A DNA stretch of 64,000 bases from the human T2T-CHM13v2.0 reference genome, Homo sapiens, in the NCBI RefSeq assembly GCF_009914755.1, contig NC_060934.1. One strand, written 5' to 3'. A program made the position numbers and the translations under genes. The notes below the pieces were generated by a model. The model worked only from the letters and a program-made list of their open reading frames with translations, was not told where the DNA came from and made no database searches. Positions 56,006 to 64,000 of this stretch are shown here, piece after piece. Numbering within the stretch: the first letter of the stretch is position 1; each line of letters starts with the position of its first letter.

Positions 56006-56297
56006 TTACTCATATCTCCTTTTCTCTATGAAGTCTGATACTCCTCAAGACTCTCTCATAGCTGGTACTTCCTCATCTTTTTGTGTTACTCTTCTTTTTC
56101 TTTTTTCATAACATGTATGTTCTGATTAATTATTAATTAGATAATTTATTTGATTAAATTATATTTTGTCTCTGCAGAAGAGCCAAGTTCTTTGTGGACA
56201 GGACTCTTGCTTCTTCACTTATCTCTTCTCTCTAGTCCCTGGAACAGTGCCTGGTACATAGTAGAAGTACAGAAAAGATTTGGTGAATGAATGAATG
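55935..56297 (+). mobile_element. L2a-like 3' end
   Basis: cctggaacagtgcctggtacatagtag...ggtgaatgaatgaatg tail. Confidence 0.75.
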
Positions 56298-56975
56298 CTT
56301 TCCTGTAGAAAGTTTAATGGCAGTAATAAACAATATTAGTCACTCAATACTAATTCTGGATAAATATTGAATTAAATATTCCTGAATGAAAGTTAAGGTT
56401 TTTTTTCTATTAGCCTTCACTGTGGTGATGTCTTTTAAATGAAGTTATTGCATAAAGTGTGGATCCAGAGTTGGAAGACATTGGATTATAATGTCCAAGC
56501 TTCTGAGTGGTTTTCTGGGAGAAGTTACGAAACCACTCTGTGCTTTAGTTTCCTCTGTAAACAACGTCATGAATCTGTGCTGTGGATTAAGTGAATTGAT
56601 TCACTTCAACCCTTAGAACAGGGCGGAGACTTGTAGCAGAAGCTCAATTAATAAATCCAATTTATAAAAAAAATTATATGATATTTTTATTTTGCAATTA
56701 CGTGATATACTTATTTTGTAAAAAGAAATGTAAATTTAAATGGTTTAGCCAATTTTAAGGAAGAAAGTCACAGATAAATGAAAACGTGGGCATTTTCCAT
56801 ATTCCTGTTGTTGTTACAATAACACACCTAGAATTTTATTATAATAATAATCTCCAAATGTTGAGTTTATTATGGAACCTCTTATGTTCTAGAGTCAATT
56901 TTAAAACAGAGTTTTTAAAACAATTTTAAACAGAGTTTGGGAGTTTCACACAAGCCTTTTATTTCTTTCTTATAG

Positions 56976-57055
56976 ATCCCCATATTAAGGTTTCTGGAAA
57001 GAAAGAAGATGTTAAAGAAGCCAAGGAAATGATCATGTCTGTCTTAGACACAAAA
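56976..57055 (+). CDS. BICC1: BICC1 coding exon (80 nt, probably exon 4), phase 1 to 0: (D)PHIKVSGKKEDVKEAKEMIMSVLDTK
   Basis: Acceptor ttttatttctttcttatag|AT and donor AAA|gtaagt; translation continues in frame into the next exon. Confidence 0.96.
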
Positions 57056-57639
57056 GTAAGTGAATGTTAAGGACACTCAGATGTCAGAACCTTGTCTCTA
57101 CAAGGGCTACTTCATGCCGTTATGAAAGAACCATTTGGAGAAGAAAAACCAGGAGAAAGTAATGGTGGGTTTTAAAATAAGCACATGTGATTCTACAGTG
57201 GATGTAAAGTTCTGTTTAATATTTGAATAGGTTCTTTCATGCTGAGTAATTGAACTATATATACACACACACACAACTATATGTACCTACATCTACATAC
57301 ATATATATGTATCGTGTATGTATGTGTATATATGTATACATGTACATATATACCATCTTCAGAAATAGAAATTGGCCCTGATTAATATAGGGTAAGTAAT
57401 AAGGATTGTAGGAATTAGATTATTTGCTTTTATGATGTCAGTAGAATACCAGAATGATCTTCTATATAGCTCTGTGTTGGGTGTGTGTAATGGCATGAAA
57501 TTTGTTGCTTGCTTTTGTGTGATCACGTGATGTCTCTCTCTCTCTCTCTCTGTAAGTATATGTATAGAGAGAGAACAGGGAAATTTCAATATGTAAAAAT
57601 TTATACTCATTTGTGAGAATTTATTTTCTTTAACAAACA

Positions 57640-57830
57640 CATCTAAATCACTTATTGTATACCAGGCACTTCGCTAAGTACTCTACATTTTACACTTATT
57701 AATTTGTTTGATCCTCGTAACTGACTCAGCACAAAGGTATTAAGTAATTTGTTCAGGACCCTAGAGCCGGTTAAGTGGAGAGGTGGGATTCAAATCCAGG
57801 CTGTCTCATTCTTAACCACTTTGTCTTGCC
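57640..57830 (-). mobile_element. MIR
   Basis: taagtaatttgttcaggaccctagagccggttaagtggagaggtgggattcaaatccaggctgtct. Confidence 0.75.
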
Positions 57831-58897
57831 ACCTGGCATTTCATTAGAATGATCTCCCTCTGATCGCTTTCTTGTTTTCATTCTTCCTTTCTGTTCTTTG
57901 TTGGTTTTCTTCGTTTTTAAAAAAATTACTCCCCTGATAATTATTAAGTAGTTTAGAATTTTCTTCAGGAAAGGGGGATTTTTTTGTGTTTTAAAGGTTA
58001 AACTGAAAGAACTAAACTTAAAAATCAAAATATATTTAATGGGCATAAATTTAAAACTTAAGAATTCACAAGGTATAAAAATATTTTTGACATATTTTGA
58101 TATTTCGATTTTACTTTTTAAAGACTGAATAATTTCAGTAACAGTCTTCTAAATGAGAAGGGATTTTATGCCAGTCTTTATGATTGTACAGCACTAAATT
58201 CCTCAAATATAGTCCAATATGACCACAGCATTTTTATTTATTATGTCTTAGAATTTTACATTTTGCTTTAATATAACTAATGTACTTTGAATTTCTTTAT
58301 TTAAGCCATTTTGTGACCAGTTATCTGCACTTTATGATCTCTTTCTCCCTTCTTTCTACCAGCAAGAGTAATAGATCTACTTTGTAAAGTTCAATATATA
58401 GTAATACAGGAGTTGGGAAAGCAGTGATTCTAAAAACTTTCTTATTCACAGTTTTGAGCTTTATTATTTCTAATTTTGTATCATCTTAGTTATGCAGTCC
58501 CACTAGCATGCATATCTTCAATCTTGTAATTGTGTTTTCATCTGTTTTTAGTTATTTGAATTAAATGTTTCGTGAATAATGTCTTTAAAGACAAATTGAG
58601 TAATTTATTTAACTGTAGCTGACTTTGTTTAAAGACTTCTTTCCAAAAAAATTATCTTGGTAAAGAATAAATTTTTCTATTTCTTCTGACAAATCTTTCT
58701 TAAAATGAGAATTTCTTTTTTTATAATCAGAGAAATTAATAGCAGGAGAACACTTATAGATTAAGATGATCTTATTAAGAAATAAGATTTCCCACTGACT
58801 TGCTTTTTGTTAATACCATTCCCTTGAGGGAAAGACATTTAGGAGGTCATTCTTTCCTTTTGCATACATCAAGTAATAATACATTATTTTCACATAG

Positions 58898-59056
58898 AGC
58901 AATCGAGTCACACTGAAGATGGATGTTTCACATACAGAACATTCACATGTAATCGGCAAAGGTGGCAACAATATTAAAAAAGTGATGGAAGAAACCGGAT
59001 GCCATATCCACTTTCCAGATTCCAACAGGAATAACCAAGCAGAAAAAAGCAACCAG
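58898..59056 (+). CDS. BICC1: BICC1 coding exon (159 nt, probably exon 5): SNRVTLKMDVSHTEHSHVIGKGGNNIKKVMEETGCHIHFPDSNRNNQAEKSNQ; KH domain with GKGG loop
   Basis: Acceptor ttttcacatag|AGC and donor CAG|gtggtt; canonical KH signature VIGKGGNNIKKVMEETG. Confidence 0.97.
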
Positions 59057-60109
59057 GTGGTTTGTCTTTTCACATGAACTTTTATGGGATGAATTACAGC
59101 CTTAATTTAATTTTCAGTTTGCCTATCTTTTTTTTCTGAGAGGTGAGACAAAAAAAAAATCACATAGATGACATACAGTGTAGATTGTACAACTTTCTGC
59201 AAGGAAATTGAAGGTGCTTTGCTTTTTTGAGGAGATGAGTTGTAGATGGGCCCTAAACTCTTGATCTTGAAATCATTGATAAAAAATAGCGGAAGATGTA
59301 ATGGCCACAAAACAAAACCTTAAAGAAAGGCTGAGAGAGCATATCGTTTAGGACCTGGAAGCTTGCCTAGTCCAGGAACCTATCCATTGCCTGGTAGAGA
59401 CCTGGAAGTAAATACCTTTGTGGCACACCAGATCACCTTCTGAGGAGCAGTGCATTAGTGCCTGACTTCTTACATTGCCTTAATTATGTCTCTCTCTAGT
59501 TTATACACATTTGTGCTTGTTCTTCTGTTTGGCAGCAAATGGAACTCACCTGTCCTCATGCAAGCGGTTTCAGTACTTGAAGAACAGATAGTATTATTTG
59601 TGATATTTGGAAGTATTCTCTCTTCTAAACTAGTTACAATACTAGAAACTGTCAGCCACAAAGATGAATAGTCTTTTCTCTACAGGGACTAATGGTGACA
59701 GTGGGATGTGCACATAAGGGACTAGACAGAAAGCTATAGTAAAAAACAAAGACAATATTCAGAATATTTAAAAACTGGTACGGCATGACCATTGGCCCTA
59801 AGAACAGTGTCCTGGAGCCCCTGTACCCCCCACCACAATGCCAAGACTAACACCTTGAGTCAGTGGGTCATGGGAATGCCCAGGAGATTTCAGAAGTAAG
59901 CTCGAGGTAGATGTTGGAGCAATGATTGTGTACCATCTGGTATGGAAAATGTTCACTATTTTCAGAACCTAGTGTAGCTCTGTCATTGAATATTGATAAG
60001 TATCTGGTATGCAAAGAGCTTAAACAAAACGGAGAAAATGCAGTGAACAAGAGTAATTATAAAGAGGGCAGGATGATCTCCTGGGGGCTGTGGGGCTTTC
60101 AGTAAGTCC

Positions 60110-60272
60110 AGTGGGTGAAACAGATCAGTTGACACAAATTACCTGAGGATCTCGTTAAAATGCAAATTCTGATTAAGCAGGTCTGGATGGGGGCCTGAGA
60201 TCCTTTATTTTTAACAAGCTTCTGGATAATACCTCTGTATTTGTCCCTGGATGACACTTTTAGTAGCAAGCA
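60110..60272. mobile_element. MER5A-family fragment
   Basis: gttaaaatgcaaattctgatt...ggtctggatgggggcctgaga...tttttaacaagct. Confidence 0.7.
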
Positions 60273-60344
60273 TATAGATGAACTGGAAAAGAGATGTGAG
60301 TTTGATTAAAATAAATCTAACTTTGTATTTTCCTCCTCTTATAG

Positions 60345-60398
60345 GTATCTATAGCGGGACAACCAGCAGGAGTAGAATCTGCCCGAGTTAGAATTCGG
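60345..60398 (+). CDS. BICC1: BICC1 coding exon (54 nt, probably exon 6): VSIAGQPAGVESARVRIR
   Basis: Acceptor tttcctcctcttatag|GTA and donor CGG|gtaact; completes the KH fold in frame. Confidence 0.95.
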
Positions 60399-60778
60399 GT
60401 AACTATTTATTACTTTAACATTGTAAATTGATGTCAGCAACATTTGCATTATAAGGCACTAAAAATATAATAATTTATCATTTTATAACCAAATCATGTT
60501 CAATCAGTAGGAAATAGTGGCAAAAGTTATTTTAGTGTCTATCTTAGCATTCATTATCTAAATATTTATTGTATATGTTCAAAAAGTGAGTTTCTATGTT
60601 ATTTATAAAATTTTTTCACTGAAAATGTTTCTCAGAGATGTTCTGGATTTTATCTGACTCAGTTTTTCTAGTTTTTATTCAATGATCATAAAGAGGCCTA
60701 AGGAAAAATGCCACAGGCAATGTGAGTTAGAAACTCTCAGGTTTCACAAAAGGCTCCCATCATTTAAAAACACTTGTA

Positions 60779-61090
60779 GGCCAGTTGTGGTGGCTCACAC
60801 CTGTAATCCCAGCACTTTGGGAGGCCAAGGCAGGAGGATCACTTGAGGCCTGGAGTTCGTGACCAGCCTGGACAACATAGCAAGACCCTGTCTGTCTCTA
60901 CAAAACATTTTTAAAAATTAGCCAGGTATGGTGGCACATGCCTGTAGTGCCACTAATTCAGGAAGCCAAGGTGAGAGGATCCTTGAGCCCAGGAGGTGGA
61001 GGCTGTAGTGAGCTGGGATGATACCACTGCATGCCAGCCTGGGTGACAGAGCAAGACTCTGACTCAAAAAACAGAAAGGAAAAAAAAAAA
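60779..61090 (+). mobile_element. AluJ (intron between the 54- and 195-nt exons)
   Basis: Full dimer with J diagnostics (gaggtggaggctgtagtgagc). Confidence 0.92.
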
Positions 61091-61236
61091 CTTTATATAA
61101 TGTAGCTAAACTTAATATCTATAAGGGCAGTTTATGCTTTAAAATCTATCTTCAGAAAAGAACCAATGAATGATACACATGTCTGAATGTCTAATGCTTT
61201 AACTCTCTGCTTTGGATTCTCATCATTTCATTTTAG

Positions 61237-61431
61237 GAGCTGCTTCCTTTGGTGCTGATGTTTGAGCTACCAATTGCTGGAATTCTTCAACCGGTTCCTG
61301 ATCCTAATTCCCCCTCTATTCAGCATATATCACAAACGTACAATATTTCAGTATCATTTAAACAGCGTTCCCGAATGTATGGTGCTACTGTCATAGTACG
61401 AGGGTCTCAGAATAACACTAGTGCTGTGAAG
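61237..61431 (+). CDS. BICC1: BICC1 coding exon (195 nt, probably exon 7): ELLPLVLMFELPIAG...RGSQNNTSAVK; KH-like module lacking GxxG
   Basis: Acceptor catttcattttag|GAG and donor AAG|gtaaat; overlaps ORF 61249..61503. Confidence 0.96.
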
Positions 61432-61656
61432 GTAAATTATTCAGATAATTCTGCACATCCTATATGTACAAGTTACATGAGTTTCATTTTTAAAGAATAT
61501 TAGACTAATTTGATTTCCAGAATTTTCCTTCGTTCTACATTTTGGTTTGCAGAATATGCTGTATTTTTCCATAGCTGTTAGAAATGCAATAGAATCTTTC
61601 CCCGTATATGAACAGTTAATGTATAGGATTATTTCTTTCCCACCCTTTTCTCTTAG

Positions 61657-61908
61657 GAAGGAACTGCCATGCTGTTAGAACATCTTGCTGGGAGCTTAGC
61701 ATCAGCTATTCCTGTGAGCACACAACTAGATATTGCAGCTCAACATCATCTCTTTATGATGGGTCGAAATGGGAGCAACATCAAACATATCATGCAGAGA
61801 ACAGGTGCTCAGATCCACTTTCCTGATCCCAGTAATCCACAAAAGAAATCTACCGTCTACCTCCAGGGCACCATTGAGTCTGTCTGTCTTGCAAGGCAAT
61901 ATCTCATG
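61657..61908 (+). CDS. BICC1: BICC1 coding exon (252 nt, probably exon 8): EGTAMLLEHLAG...MMGRNGSNIKHIMQRTGAQIHFPD...LARQYLM; KH domain with GRNG loop
   Basis: Acceptor cccttttctcttag|GAA and donor ATG|gtaagg; overlaps ORF 61669..61926. Confidence 0.97.
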
Positions 61909-62471
61909 GTAAGGTTACTGAAATAAGTGTTACAATTTTTTTAAACCTCTTTGGATTCAGTGCATGTTTTTCCATCCACTGTACTAATGTGATATTTAGG
62001 AAAGCACTTCGGAAGCCTCGTCAAATAAGGAAGTTTCTTGCTAAAAGGAAATAAACTGGAAGAGTAATAAGGTTCATAGTGCCTCAACAGGTTTAATTTC
62101 ATTGCATATGTAATTTTATTTCAGTGTTTTCTTTTTAACTTAGACTAAACACAGAAGAGAATTATAGTGAAATAATTGACTGCATTTTGTGGCAAGGATG
62201 GAAGGTGACTGTTTTCATCTGACCTGTAATATTAGTGTGCAGTTTGTATTTGGCAAAAAAAAAAAAAGTCCTCTGTTTAAACAGAAAAGTAAAAATACTA
62301 TTTAAATTTCACCATCAAAGACAAATTTTGTCAGCCCAAAACATTTGTACATTTCATAAATCTTTGATCCAATTAAAAAATACTATTTAAGTCACAAATT
62401 CGAGCGTCACTTATTGAAGGAAGAAAAGCAAAGTTATATATTATAATTCAATACTACTTTACTACTTCTAA

Positions 62472-62800
<329 letters not shown>

Positions 62801-63430
62801 AAATAAACTATCCCAGTGTATGGGTTGATAATGTAGTAACAAAATGGATGGACATGATGCTGGGCTTACAAATATTTGTATTAAAAACACCATTGTATTC
62901 TCTCATTCAGTGCTTGACCTTTAGTGGCATTTGAATCAGTAAGCCTCAGGTGTGACATTTACTATTATTAACTTGCAGAGTTTATTTTTGAGAAACTTTC
63001 AGAAAATCTAAGTTTTTATTGTTGATTCCATTCCTCTGACAGACAAGAACTTGTTGGAATCAGTAAGATTGTAATCCACGATTTTAAGAAATTTGTCATG
63101 ATTTTTTTTAGCCGAGCTTATTTTATCAGGTTATTTTTAATATACTGTACTACAAGTCAGATTTATATTTATATCCAAGAATTGTTGTAATCTTCATTTT
63201 TTTTCTGCTTTACAAGTTCTTTAGATGTTATTTTTTAGTTTAGTGAAATTTTTCAAATATTCTCTACAGTTATTAATGCACATTTATACTTTGACCATAC
63301 CTGCCAAAAATAATGACTCATATTATTGCACAACATTGAAATAACTGAAGGAGAAATTAAAAGGCTTTAACCCGTATTTTAAATACCATCACCATTTTGT
63401 ATAGCACTATTCTTATAAAAATCACTTCCT

Positions 63431-63724
<294 letters not shown>

Positions 63725-63758
63725 TCAATTTCTTCCACAGGAGAAATGGAGCATAGTA

Positions 63759-64000
63759 TTTTATTTCTTTTTCTTTTTTTAGTTTAGGTGAGGTCTTACT
63801 CTGTTGCTCAGGCTGGAGTGTAGTAGTGTGTTCTCAGCTCACTGCAATCTCTGCCTCCTGGGTTGAAGTGATTCTCATGCCTCAGCCTCCCGAGTAGCTG
63901 AGATTACAGTCATATGCCACCATGCCTGGCTAATTTTTTTAGTTTTAGTAGAGATGGGGTTTCACTATGTTGGCCAGGCTGATCTTGCACTCTTGGCCTC
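63759..64000 (-). mobile_element. Antisense Alu (runs off the window end)
   Basis: T-rich tail followed by caggctggagtgtagtagtg...gttggccaggctg. Confidence 0.93.

Noticed and set aside
58810-59073. 87-aa antisense ORF overlapping the KH exon
   Set aside because: Shadow ORF of the coding exon with no independent support.
61234-61239. TAG GAG tandem (NAGNAG) acceptor at the 195-nt exon
   Set aside because: A distal GAG is rarely used, and the effect would be loss of a single Glu.

Overview
Primate (very probably human) genomic DNA lying entirely inside the BICC1 gene (Bicaudal-C homolog 1, KH/SAM RNA-binding protein) on the + strand. Positions 1 to about 56,975 are the 3' part of one very long intron. 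Five coding exons follow (80, 159, 54, 195 and 252 nt; exons 4-8 in the numbering I recall). They splice into one open frame (DPHIKVSGKK...LARQYLM) containing two GxxG KH domains and an intervening KH-like module. The rest is typical intronic repeat content: a near-full Tigger1 interrupted by a complete two-LTR MSTB element and an AluJ, a 5'-truncated antisense L1PA, an old L1MA copy lacking almost all of ORF2, 13 Alus or Alu fragments, MER58A, MER5A, Tigger2a, Kanga/MER104, MLT1, L2, MIR and microsatellites. I see no new gene or novel multi-gene system, and no tRNA, rRNA or CRISPR array. The best leads are: (i) a ~120-bp dispersed local duplication with a template-switch-like junction; (ii) candidate recursive-splice or poison-exon sites in the long intron, including an exon-like MER58A; (iii) a half-L1 lacking ORF2; (iv) symmetric phase-0 exons between inverted Alus that could give a stop-free circRNA; and (v) a compact enhancer-like motif cluster. 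Repeat subfamilies were called by eye from remembered consensus sequences, and the boundaries of old repeats are approximate.
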